A stretch of DNA of 64,000 bases from a virus, in IMG/VR virus record IMGVR_UViG_3300047157_000105, positions 32,001-96,000 of that record; one strand, written 5' to 3'. The notes beneath the pieces were generated by a model. It was not told the origin of the DNA. It saw only the letters and a program-made list of their open reading frames with translations, and ran no database searches. The translations under genes and the position numbers were made by a program. Below, in pieces: positions 48,804 to 57,578 of the stretch (its first letter is position 1; every line of letters begins with the position of its first letter).

Positions 48804-48831
48804 TGTACTTTCACACTTAGTGTGATATAAT
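48804..48831 (+). promoter_or_regulatory. early/middle promoter of nrdA
   Basis: TGTACT-N16-TATAAT. Confidence 0.8.
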
Positions 48832-48853
48832 ATATTTATTTAATTGGAGTGAC

Positions 48854-51160
48854 ATGACGTCTATTAACGTAACCAAGCGCAGTGGTGAAACTGAGCCATT
48901 TAACATTGACAAGATTCACCGAGTGCTTGAATGGGCTTGTCAAGATTTAGTAGGTGTATCAGTCTCTGAAATAGAGATGAGAGCCAATGTCCAAATATAT
49001 GAGAAGATGCGTTCGACATCTATCCATGATCTTCTAATCAAATCAACAGCGGAGCTTATTACTGAAGCTACACCTAACTATCAGACTGTTGCAGCTAGGC
49101 TAATCAATTATAAACTCAAGAAACTTGTCTATGGTGACAAGGACCCATGGGCATTAAAAGATATTATTGACCATAACATTGAGGCTGGAGTCTATGATCC
49201 CGATATATTAAACATGTATTCTGATGCTGAATTAGATTATATTAATGAACACATATTAGATCATTCAAGAGATGATGACTTCACATATGCTGGTATGGAG
49301 CAGATGAGATCGAAGTATCTTGTGCAGAATAGAAGTGATGGTACAATATATGAAACACCTCAGGTGCTTTATATTATGATTGCTATGACATTATTCGGTA
49401 AGTATAATGGTAGACGTATGAAGTTTGTAAGAGAATTTTATAACGCCATATCACAATTTTATATCTCATTACCAACACCTATTATGGCTGGTGTGAGAAC
49501 TCCAACAAGACAATTCTCATCATGTGTTGTATTAGAAACAAATGATTCACTTGACTCTATCAATGCAACATCAACATCAATCGTTAAATACATTTCAAAG
49601 AAAGCTGGATTAGGTATTAATGCTGGTAAGATCAGAGCAGTAGGATCACATATTGGTGATGGTTCAGTTGTTCACACTGGTCTTATACCATTCTTAAAGT
49701 TATTCCAAGCAAGTGTAAAGTCTTGTAGTCAAGGTGGAGTACGTGGTGGAGCAGCAACAGTTTATCTACCGGTGTGGCATTATGAATTCGAAGACTTAGT
49801 TGTCTTAAAGAATAATCGTGGTACGGATGAGACACGTGTACGTAACATGGATTATGCATTCCAATTCAATAAGCTGATGTATGAGAGATTATTAACTGGT
49901 GGGAACATAACTTTCTTCTCTCCTGATGATGTACCTGGATTATATGATGCATTCTTTGAGGATCAAGATTTATTCCAAGAGTTATATGAGAAGTATGAAA
50001 GGTCCCGCAAGATCCGTAAGAAGTCTTTGCCAGCCTTAGAAGTATTCTCTCAGTTCTTGACAGAGCGTAAAGAAACAGGACGAATCTATTTACAAAATGT
50101 AGATCACGCAAATACACATGGTGCATTCATCGAGAAGCAGGCCCCGATACACCAGTCGAATTTGTGTTGTGAAATTAATTTACCAAGTCATGGATTAGAA
50201 TCATACGATGATGCAAACAAAGGTGAGATCAGTTTATGTACTCTATCTGCAATCAATTGGGGATTAATTAATGATCCGAAGGACTTCGAGAAGTATTGTG
50301 ATTTAGCTATACGTTCTCTTGATGCTTTACTTGATTATCAAAACTATCCTATTGTTGCAGCTCAAAGATCTACCATGAATAGACGACCATTAGGTGTAGG
50401 TATTATTAACTTTGCATACTTCTTAGCAAAGAGAGGTTTAAAGTATGATGATGATGCTCTTGAAACAGTTGATGAATATGCAGAAGCATGGTCATACTAT
50501 TTAATTAAAGCGAGTGCTAATCTAGCAAAAGAGAGAGGAACCTGTTATAAAGTGTTAGAAACTAAATATGGGCATGGTATCTTGCCAATAGACACATATA
50601 AAAAAGAGGTTAACGAACTAGTCAAGCACAAAGAAAGAATGCCATGGAAATCTTTACGCGAACAGCTTAAGAAAACTGGTATACGTAACAGTACCATGAT
50701 GGCTATTATGCCAGCTGAAACATCAGCTCAAATCGGTAATGCTACAAATGGTATAGAACCACCTCGTGCACTTGTATCATATAAGCAATCCAAGGACGGA
50801 GTGATGGCACAAGTTGTACCACAAATACATAATCTTAAAAACAAATACGATTTACTATGGGATCAGCAAGGACCCGAAGGTTACTTAAAGATCATGGCAA
50901 TACTTCAGAAGTATGTCGACCAAGGTATATCAGTTAATACAAGTTATAATCCAGCACAGTATGAAGATAATAAAGTACCTATGTCAGAGATGATGAAGGA
51001 TCTTGTTACATTCTACAAATACGGAGGTAAACAATTATATTACTTTAATACAAATGATTTGACAAATGAAGATGAATCTTCTGATGAATTTGATAAATCT
51101 CGTGAAGACTTTGCAACACAAGAAGAGTATGATGACTATTGTGAAAGCTGCGTTTTATAG
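48854..51160 (+). CDS. nrdA: class Ia ribonucleotide reductase alpha subunit with ATP cone
   Basis: VTKRSG, QFSSC, SNLCCEI, LYY, C-terminal CESC. Confidence 0.98.
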   Translation: MTSINVTKRSGETEPFNIDKIHRVLEWACQDLVGVSVSEIEMRANVQIYEKMRSTSIHDLLIKSTAELITEATPNYQTVAARLINYKLKKLVYGDKDPWALKDIIDHNIEAGVYDPDILNMYSDAELDYINEHILDHSRDDDFTYAGMEQMRSKYLVQNRSDGTIYETPQVLYIMIAMTLFGKYNGRRMKFVREFYNAISQFYISLPTPIMAGVRTPTRQFSSCVVLETNDSLDSINATSTSIVKYISKKAGLGINAGKIRAVGSHIGDGSVVHTGLIPFLKLFQASVKSCSQGGVRGGAATVYLPVWHYEFEDLVVLKNNRGTDETRVRNMDYAFQFNKLMYERLLTGGNITFFSPDDVPGLYDAFFEDQDLFQELYEKYERSRKIRKKSLPALEVFSQFLTERKETGRIYLQNVDHANTHGAFIEKQAPIHQSNLCCEINLPSHGLESYDDANKGEISLCTLSAINWGLINDPKDFEKYCDLAIRSLDALLDYQNYPIVAAQRSTMNRRPLGVGIINFAYFLAKRGLKYDDDALETVDEYAEAWSYYLIKASANLAKERGTCYKVLETKYGHGILPIDTYKKEVNELVKHKERMPWKSLREQLKKTGIRNSTMMAIMPAETSAQIGNATNGIEPPRALVSYKQSKDGVMAQVVPQIHNLKNKYDLLWDQQGPEGYLKIMAILQKYVDQGISVNTSYNPAQYEDNKVPMSEMMKDLVTFYKYGGKQLYYFNTNDLTNEDESSDEFDKSREDFATQEEYDDYCESCVL

Positions 51161-51229
51161 AAGATTTTTCTACGTATGATACATTCTATAGAAAATTTTT
51201 ATCTTTTTTAAAAATAGTTCCATTTGCTA

Positions 51230-51294
51230 TGTACAAAGTATATAAATTATGTTATAATAGTTCCATGTTATCAAGATTAGGTTTGGTATAAATA
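51230..51294 (+). promoter_or_regulatory. tandem early-type promoter (51230-51258) and late promoter (51287-51294) upstream of the membrane-protein/tmRNA unit
   Basis: TGTACA-N17-TATAAT; TATAAATA. Confidence 0.75.
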
Positions 51295-51297
51295 ATT

Positions 51298-51441
51298 ATG
51301 GATTTATTAAATTACTTACTATTAGGGGTAGTTCTTACCCTCGGGGCCACAGGATTAATATCCGGGGCTATCTTCCCAATTTTCCTTGAACTGAATGATG
51401 AGCTAAATGAAAAGTTTAAGGACGAGAACCCTTCGAGATAA
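51298..51441 (+). CDS. small membrane protein, 47 aa (not in ORF track)
   Basis: MDLLNYLLLGVVLTLGATGLISGAIFPIFLELNDELNEKFKDENPSR*. Confidence 0.6.
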   Translation: MDLLNYLLLGVVLTLGATGLISGAIFPIFLELNDELNEKFKDENPSR

Positions 51442-51479
51442 GGCTAAACTACTTTTTATAAAACGACATAGGAGAATAT

Positions 51480-51707
51480 ATGTTAGATAAAATCACAAGC
51501 GGCGTTTCAGCTGCAACAGCGGTGGCAATGTCACTGATCGGTTTGGCAATTATGTTGCAAATCGTATTTGGTGGATCAGTACCTTTCTTAGGCGGTGACG
51601 TCATTGGTACAATTATTGGTATCGTAGCACAGCTAGGAGATGCTGGTTTGGTAGGTTTAATTTCTGCAGCGATTTTGTGGAAGTTACTATCACATGATGA
51701 TGCTTAA
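51480..51707 (+). CDS. small two/three-helix membrane protein
   Basis: Strong SD AGGAG; Gly-rich hydrophobic segments. Confidence 0.8.
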   Translation: MLDKITSGVSAATAVAMSLIGLAIMLQIVFGGSVPFLGGDVIGTIIGIVAQLGDAGLVGLISAAILWKLLSHDDA

Positions 51708-51995
51708 TAACATTCATTCAATAATGAAGTGAGCTAGATAACGACGTAAAGGTAAAAGTAGGAGCACTTAACACGCGGGTTCAAATCCCGCCTCCTCCAC
51801 CAAATAGATCTAAAATAGATTTATTTAATGGGGGAGATTCGGCATCGATTAGGTAGCAGAGCCGCTTGAGACTCGTCAGTCAACGAAGACTTTAAAATGA
51901 AAAATTAATCGGCAATCAGTCAGATTATTTACTAGCCGCCTAATGGCTAGTTGAGGTTTTCTTCCGGAGTTCCTTATCACCCAATACTCCGGATC
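51708..51995 (+). ncRNA. ssrA: circularly permuted (two-piece) tmRNA; outer ends approximate
   Basis: T-arm GCGGG-TTCAAAT-CCCGC plus CTCCTCC-A-CCA (ends 51802) precedes the 5' strand GGGGGAG (51830) with G3·U70; PK1 51873-51891; tag GNQSDYLLAA* 51911-51943. Confidence 0.92.
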
Positions 51996-52016
51996 TTCTT
52001 TTTTATACATACACAT

Positions 52017-52328
52017 ATGATAACCTTAACAGACAACGCCGCTGATAAATTAAAGACTCTGGTTACTGGTAGTAAACAGTTAAGAGTATTAGTTAAAGGT
52101 ACAGGCTGTTCTGGTATGGCATATCATTTAGAGTATAACATAATGCAAACAGATATGGATGACTTGTTTATTGTAAAAGATATTCCTATCGTAATTGATA
52201 AAAAATCACAAGTTTATGTTGAAGGTGCTGAGATAGACCATAAGACAAAAGGATTAAATGAAGGCTTTGAGTTTTCTAATCCTAAGGAAAAAGCAAGGTG
52301 TGGATGTGGTGAATCCTTCACTATGTGA
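52017..52328 (+). CDS. iscA: A-type Fe-S carrier IscA/HesB (start revised to ATG 52017)
   Basis: MITLTDNAA, GTGCSGMAY, NPKEKARCGCGESF. Confidence 0.95.
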   Translation: MITLTDNAADKLKTLVTGSKQLRVLVKGTGCSGMAYHLEYNIMQTDMDDLFIVKDIPIVIDKKSQVYVEGAEIDHKTKGLNEGFEFSNPKEKARCGCGESFTM

Positions 52329-52364
52329 TATGTACATTTAACTATATTATGATATAATATACAT

Positions 52365-52535
52365 ATGAGTATAATGAAAGAACCACTAGGTGATGGTACA
52401 GCAAGAGTCACCAAATTCGAAGACTATCAGAAATATAAATTTGACAATCCAGAAACAATGTGGATTGAGGATTATCCGTCAATTATATTTCCTGACTGCG
52501 TGAGAGATATACATATAACTGAGGATAAAGAATGA
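52365..52535 (+). CDS. hypothetical protein, 56 aa, leaderless (promoter 52331-52358; not in ORF track)
   Basis: ATG 6 nt after TATAAT; stop overlaps next ATG. Confidence 0.55.
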   Translation: MSIMKEPLGDGTARVTKFEDYQKYKFDNPETMWIEDYPSIIFPDCVRDIHITEDKE

Positions 52536-53056
52536 ATATATTTTATTTAGATAAAGATGCAAAGACCAGTGCAGAGATGCACCTTGACAAACACTGTAGT
52601 AAGATGCTTGTGGAATACGCACAGCTTATGTCTACAGCTCACCGTGTTCTTGACGGTACAGAGTATTATGACAAAAATAAAATTGGTTCAAAGATCAAAC
52701 GCTGGCGCCATGAGGAAGATGCACTATATAAAGCATCACATGTTAATCATCCGAGCAATGTGTGGCTTCGACAAAGTATAAATAATTACGCATTCCTCTA
52801 TGAGATGTGGTGCCATCTACACGATGAATTTGTTATACGCTATGGCAAAGATCATATGTCATTCGTAAAACTCAAAGAAGTACTAAAGAGCCCACCACGT
52901 AATTGTGGTGATAGTCCATTTACACAACCGACACAAGCCATGCCTGACGATGTCAAGCATAGTGATAGCATTACTGCCTATAGAAATTACTATAAGAAGT
53001 ATAAGCAACATATCGCAGCATGGAAGACGGTTACACCCAGCTGGTATACTGTATGA
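52532..53056 (+). CDS. pyrimidine-dimer DNA glycosylase/DenV-family protein
   Basis: MNIFYLD…HLDKHCSKMLVEYAQLMS; HVNHPS; QAMPD. Confidence 0.8.
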   Translation: MNIFYLDKDAKTSAEMHLDKHCSKMLVEYAQLMSTAHRVLDGTEYYDKNKIGSKIKRWRHEEDALYKASHVNHPSNVWLRQSINNYAFLYEMWCHLHDEFVIRYGKDHMSFVKLKEVLKSPPRNCGDSPFTQPTQAMPDDVKHSDSITAYRNYYKKYKQHIAAWKTVTPSWYTV

Positions 53057-54129
53057 AAAAAAGCGTATTTAAAATAAACACAAAAGGACATCTAGATAAA
53101 AATTTATTCTTTGATGAAGGTGTCGACATTGCAAGATATGACGTAGTCAAATACTCGTCTTTGCAAAAGCTATATGAAAAGATGTTATCGTTTTACTGGA
53201 CCCCTGATGAGATCGATGTCACAAAAGACAAGATTGACTTTGGTAAGTTAACAAAGAATGAGCAACATATATTTACATCCAATCTCAAAAGACAAATCTT
53301 ATTAGACTCAGTACAGGGCAGATCACCTGACTTGGCTTTATTGCCACTTGCAAGTAATCCTGAACTTGAGTTACTCATTGAGACATGGGCATTCTTTGAG
53401 ACTATTCACTCGAGATCGTATACTCACGTGATCAGAAACGTGTATCCTAATCCGTCAAAGGTCTTTGATGAGATTACTTCGATACCAGCAATCTCCGAGT
53501 GTGGTAATGCAATCTCAGAACATTATGACAACCTGATCAATTATAAGGGCCCTCACGGTAGCTATACGCATAAAAAACTGTTATATCTCTGTTTAGTAAG
53601 TATATACATATTAGAAGGAATAAGGTTTTATGTGAGCTTTGCATGTTCATGGGCATTCGCAGAACTTAAGCAAATGGAAGGTAATGCAAAGATTATTAAG
53701 TTAATTGCAAGAGATGAGAACTTACATCTTGCAGCATCGCTAAATATTATACGAACTCTTATCAAAGAAGATGAGGATTATGTAAAGATTAAAGATGAAA
53801 CACATAATGAAGTTATGGCTTTATTTGAAGATGCATTAGTACAAGAAGAAGATTGGTGTGATTACCTATTTGGTAATGGTTCAATGATTGGACTGAATGC
53901 AGGTTTGTTAAAAGAATATGTACGTTGGATTGGTGCAAAGAGAATTAAGAGTCTTAGTTATACCGTTCCATTTTCTGTACATCAGCATAACCCACTACCA
54001 TGGACAGAGAAGTGGATAAGTGGCGGAGCAGTACAAGTTGCTCCACAAGAAACAGAAATAACGTCTTATGTACTCGGTGGAGTTACACATGACGTTGATA
54101 CTAAATCATTCGAGGGATTAAGTTTATGA
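53053..54129 (+). CDS. nrdB: ribonucleotide reductase beta subunit (start revised to ATG 53053)
   Basis: FYWTPDE, ETIHSRSY, EGIRFYVSF, RDENLH, VAPQETE. Confidence 0.97.
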   Translation: MKKSVFKINTKGHLDKNLFFDEGVDIARYDVVKYSSLQKLYEKMLSFYWTPDEIDVTKDKIDFGKLTKNEQHIFTSNLKRQILLDSVQGRSPDLALLPLASNPELELLIETWAFFETIHSRSYTHVIRNVYPNPSKVFDEITSIPAISECGNAISEHYDNLINYKGPHGSYTHKKLLYLCLVSIYILEGIRFYVSFACSWAFAELKQMEGNAKIIKLIARDENLHLAASLNIIRTLIKEDEDYVKIKDETHNEVMALFEDALVQEEDWCDYLFGNGSMIGLNAGLLKEYVRWIGAKRIKSLSYTVPFSVHQHNPLPWTEKWISGGAVQVAPQETEITSYVLGGVTHDVDTKSFEGLSL

Positions 54130-54371
54130 GTACAGCAGTAGTATGGAGTAAAGACAATTGTGTATATTGCACAAAAGCAAAAGACTTTTTAAAGAAAAGA
54201 GATATTAACATAGAAGAGAGAAACGTTCAGTCAGGAGATTGGACAATGACTCAATTGCATGAAGCGGTTCCGAATGCAAGACAATTTCCACAGATCTTTA
54301 TTGATGGCAAATATGTTGGTGGTTATGATAAGATGATGGCACATGTTCAAATGGGAGAATTAAGTTTATGA
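54126..54371 (+). CDS. nrdC: glutaredoxin
   Basis: CVYC; FPQIFIDGKYVGG. Confidence 0.92.
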   Translation: MSTAVVWSKDNCVYCTKAKDFLKKRDINIEERNVQSGDWTMTQLHEAVPNARQFPQIFIDGKYVGGYDKMMAHVQMGELSL

Positions 54372-54562
54372 TATGTCATGAATGTAATAGTCCAGAGTTT
54401 GATGTTACAGTTAAAGAAGAGTTAGGCTACGATAATAATCCAATTGATCTTGGGTTAGAAGTAACTAATTGTCCTTTTTGTGGTGCTAATTTAGAATGGG
54501 CAGAGAGAGGTGGATTTGATGCAGAAGAATACGATCACGATGAAAACAGACTGGACCTATAA
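54368..54562 (+). CDS. zinc-ribbon protein
   Basis: CHEC…CPFCG. Confidence 0.7.
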   Translation: MICHECNSPEFDVTVKEELGYDNNPIDLGLEVTNCPFCGANLEWAERGGFDAEEYDHDENRLDL

Positions 54563-54980
54563 TGGACAGAGATTTACGCCTACTGATGTTGGCGATTATT
54601 ACGGGTTTGTTTATAGGATTACTAATCTCACTAATGGCATGGACTATATTGGGAGAAAGTATTTTAAAACTATAAGAAAGCTCAAGCCGCTTGCGGGGTT
54701 TAAGAGAAAACGTAAGGTCACAAAAGAAACAGATTGGCAAGAGTATTGGGGTTCAAGTAATAGACTCAATGAAGATATAGAGAAGTTAGGTAAAGAAAAC
54801 TTTAAACGTGAGATCATTTGTTTGTGTAAGACTCGAGGTGACACAAACTATATGGAAGCAAAGATACAATTCGATGAGAATGTATTATTGAATGAGAACA
54901 ATTATAACGGTATTATAGCGGTAAAGATAGGAGTAGGTTCAGTTAAAAATTTAGCTGAAGAGTATGTACATCCGCAGTAA
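54540..54980 (+). CDS. GIY-YIG endonuclease, endonuclease II (DenA)-like
   Basis: GFVY…YIGRK, YWGSS, FKREII, NYMEAK; next to nrd genes. Confidence 0.8.
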   Translation: MKTDWTYNGQRFTPTDVGDYYGFVYRITNLTNGMDYIGRKYFKTIRKLKPLAGFKRKRKVTKETDWQEYWGSSNRLNEDIEKLGKENFKREIICLCKTRGDTNYMEAKIQFDENVLLNENNYNGIIAVKIGVGSVKNLAEEYVHPQ

Positions 54981-54993
54981 AACATGTTATAAT
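54965..54993 (+). promoter_or_regulatory. early/middle promoter of rnh
   Basis: TGTACA-N17-TATAAT. Confidence 0.8.
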
Positions 54994-55022
54994 ATACTTT
55001 AAATAATGAATATAGGTAAATT

Positions 55023-55880
55023 ATGGTACTAGTAGATTTTAATGGTTTGGCAATCGGGTCCATCATGGGTCAATTATCACGTGGTGAGGAGCTTAGCGAA
55101 AACTTAGTTAAGCATATTATTATTAATAACCTAAGGATATATCGTAACAAATATAAAGAGGCAGACTACGGTAAGATGGTTATCGCATGTGATAGTTACT
55201 CTTGGCGTAAAGATGTATTCCCAGAGTATAAGGCTGCACGTAAAGCTAATCGTGAATCAGATAAACATGATTGGCCAATGATCTTCGACTTAATAGAAGA
55301 TACTCTAAATGATTTACGTGAGAACTTTCCATACGCTGTTATTAAGATCGATAGTGCAGAGGCTGATGATATTATTGGTGCATTGACTGTACACAAGTCC
55401 ACACCTCTTATTGGTGAGGATGTAGTTATTATATCTGCTGACAAAGACTTTATTCAATTACAGCAATACGGTCATGTCATACAATGGTCACCTATGTTTA
55501 ATAAAATGATTAAAGAAGATAATCCACGTAGATATTTGTTCGAACATTTACTCAAGGGCGATGCGGGTGATGGTGTTCCTAATGCCAATTCTCATGATAA
55601 TGTATTTACTACAGGTTCAAGACAAACACCTATGACACAAAAAGCTATAGAGAAATATTGGGATAATCGTGATGATCTAGAAATGATTATGAAGCCTAAT
55701 GTCTTCCGTAACTTTATGCGTAATGTACAAATGATTGACTTGACTAATACTCCAGATGGTATTCGTGAAGCAGCTATAAATACATACGAGAATTACAAAT
55801 ATCCACCACGTTCTAATATACTAACATACTTAATAGAACACCGTATGAAAATGTTAATTGACAATGCAGCAGAGTTTTGA
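55023..55880 (+). CDS. rnh: RNase H / 5'-3' flap exonuclease
   Basis: LVDFN, YKAAR, EADDII, SADKDFIQL, GDAGDGVPN. Confidence 0.95.
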   Translation: MVLVDFNGLAIGSIMGQLSRGEELSENLVKHIIINNLRIYRNKYKEADYGKMVIACDSYSWRKDVFPEYKAARKANRESDKHDWPMIFDLIEDTLNDLRENFPYAVIKIDSAEADDIIGALTVHKSTPLIGEDVVIISADKDFIQLQQYGHVIQWSPMFNKMIKEDNPRRYLFEHLLKGDAGDGVPNANSHDNVFTTGSRQTPMTQKAIEKYWDNRDDLEMIMKPNVFRNFMRNVQMIDLTNTPDGIREAAINTYENYKYPPRSNILTYLIEHRMKMLIDNAAEF

Positions 55881-56020
55881 GCGAAGACGAACTAAGACAA
55901 TTCATGGAGTATTTCAAAGATGAACTACCTGATCCAGAGCATTATCCGATAAAGGTAATGTGGTTATATAGGTGGTGGAAAAGTATTACATTAAGGAATA
56001 GAGAAGATGCCGACGTATGA
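55877..56020 (+). CDS. hypothetical protein, 47 aa (TTG start; not in ORF track)
   Basis: …LPDPEHYPIKVMWLYRWW; fills the gap. Confidence 0.5.
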   Translation: MSEDELRQFMEYFKDELPDPEHYPIKVMWLYRWWKSITLRNREDADV

Positions 56021-56252
56021 TTTTAAAAGTAATAAGACTGGTAAAGAGTGGGAAGACACAATGTCTTACAAAGATCTAGATGCTTATTACAAAAAACATG
56101 ACTGCCAACAAGTAATCAATAAACAACCTCAAGTAGTCTCAGGTGTTAAATCTTTATGGTCACAAACAGATGACGGATTTAAAGATCGCATGAGTGAGAT
56201 TCAAAAGGTGGCAGGTAAACAAGGAATGAAACAAACTGACTACGATAGATAA
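56007..56252 (+). CDS. FmdB-like small protein
   Basis: MPTYDF N-terminus; DDGFKDRMSEI. Confidence 0.65.
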   Translation: MPTYDFKSNKTGKEWEDTMSYKDLDAYYKKHDCQQVINKQPQVVSGVKSLWSQTDDGFKDRMSEIQKVAGKQGMKQTDYDR

Positions 56253-56899
56253 TGTTTAAACATGAACCCATTGATTTAGGTTATAATGACCTAACTACTA
56301 CAAACAAAGGTGGTAGAAAATATCAAACACCGAATGGTGATTACCCTTCTATAACAACTGTACTTGGTAACCTAAGTAAGAAAGCTATTATGGAATGGAG
56401 AGATCGTGTAGGTCATGATGTAGCAAATCAAATATCTAGACAAGCTGCCGGTAGAGGTACAGCAGTTCACCAAGTCTGTGAAGATTATGTGAACAATAAA
56501 CCTGATTATGACAAAGACTTGATGCCTAATATCTTGCATGACTTCAAGAGAATTAAAAATATACTAGACACAAGAATAGGCACAGTATATGGACAGGAGT
56601 TACCATTGTATTCTGATCACTTAGGAGTTGCAGGTCGAGTTGACTGTGTTGCAGAGTTTGATGGTAAACCGTCTATTATAGACTATAAGACAAGTAGAAA
56701 GACAAAGAAAAAGGAATGGATCCATTCTTATTTCATGCAAGAATGCTTTTATGCTATTGCATGGGAAGAGAGAACTGGTATTCCTATCACACAATTAGTA
56801 ACAATTATCTCTGTGGATGACGCAGAACCGCAAGTATTCATTGAACATCGTGACAACTGGGATAAGGAACTCGTGCAGGTCATACACCAGTATACTTAA
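56252..56899 (+). CDS. PD-(D/E)xK exonuclease (Cas4-like phage exonuclease)
   Basis: YPSITTVL, RGTAVH, AGRVD, IIDYKTS. Confidence 0.88.
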   Translation: MFKHEPIDLGYNDLTTTNKGGRKYQTPNGDYPSITTVLGNLSKKAIMEWRDRVGHDVANQISRQAAGRGTAVHQVCEDYVNNKPDYDKDLMPNILHDFKRIKNILDTRIGTVYGQELPLYSDHLGVAGRVDCVAEFDGKPSIIDYKTSRKTKKKEWIHSYFMQECFYAIAWEERTGIPITQLVTIISVDDAEPQVFIEHRDNWDKELVQVIHQYT

Positions 56900-56900
56900 A

Positions 56901-56935
56901 CTGGCACACCAACTCGCCGCATCTGGACCAGTAAA
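56901..56935 (+). repeat. 35-bp promoter-associated repeat, copy 3 (variant promoter TTACACA…TGATATAAT follows)
   Basis: Identical to copies 1 and 2. Confidence 0.95.
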
Positions 56936-56997
56936 TAGTTACACAAGCACTCGTTTTTATGATATAATATAACTATATTAAACAATAAGGACAGACA

Positions 56998-57228
56998 ATG
57001 AAAGTAGGAAATAGATTAAAACCAGGTAACAGAAATCAAAGAATACAAGACAGACACGCACGTCTTGTTGCTCAAGTTAATCAACTTCAAGATGACAATG
57101 CTCGTCTTCAAAAACAAGTTGATTCTAACAAAGCAGCTTTTGATTGGGCAAGATGTCAAGCTCATATCAATAGGCTTATTGCAGATCGTAATCAGCTTAG
57201 AGCACAACTTGCTGCTCTTACTTCATAA
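56998..57228 (+). CDS. coiled-coil hypothetical early protein
   Basis: SD AAGGA; downstream of repeat and promoter. Confidence 0.65.
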   Translation: MKVGNRLKPGNRNQRIQDRHARLVAQVNQLQDDNARLQKQVDSNKAAFDWARCQAHINRLIADRNQLRAQLAALTS

Positions 57229-57317
57229 ATAAGCACACTATTTCTGTGACTATAAAGTTACACAAGCGATCAAAACTGTGATATAATATTACTATATTAA
57301 ATAAAAAAGGAATTAAA

Positions 57318-57578
57318 ATGGATATAATGAAAATACTTGAAAAATACGAATCACCTGAGAACGAAGCTTCTTTTTACAAAGGCATTCCAATAAAATACCT
57401 TAAAGATGTTCAAAAATCTTTATTGTTTTGGGATAGCTTAGATGGTGTAAAAACTTTTAGATATCAGTTTAGAGGTAAGTCTAAACCTGGTTTTAAAAGA
57501 CCACAAGCATGGTGCCCTAAAGCTCATGCAGAAACATTTGCTGTTTACGAAAAAGGAGTTAACACATGGCTAGTATAA
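57318..57578 (+). CDS. hypothetical early protein
   Basis: Own promoter (~57258-57286) and SD AAGGA. Confidence 0.65.
   Translation: MDIMKILEKYESPENEASFYKGIPIKYLKDVQKSLLFWDSLDGVKTFRYQFRGKSKPGFKRPQAWCPKAHAETFAVYEKGVNTWLV

Noticed and set aside
51295-51450. Riboswitch or hammerhead-like ncRNA in the apparent gap after nrdA
   Set aside because: The region is a clean 47-codon membrane-protein ORF starting just after a late promoter, and the hammerhead core is incomplete.
51770-51802. Stand-alone tRNA gene
   Set aside because: No D-arm or anticodon arm upstream; the matching 5' acceptor strand lies downstream at 51830, followed by a tag ORF, so this is a permuted tmRNA.
51951-52016. N-terminal extension of IscA in the ORF track
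   Set aside because: It overlaps the tmRNA pseudoknot; the family N-terminus MITLT begins at ATG 52017.
54540-54980. Intron-encoded or mobile homing endonuclease
   Set aside because: nrdA and nrdB are uninterrupted, and the protein is a short catalytic domain without an evident DNA-binding tail, which is more like EndoII.
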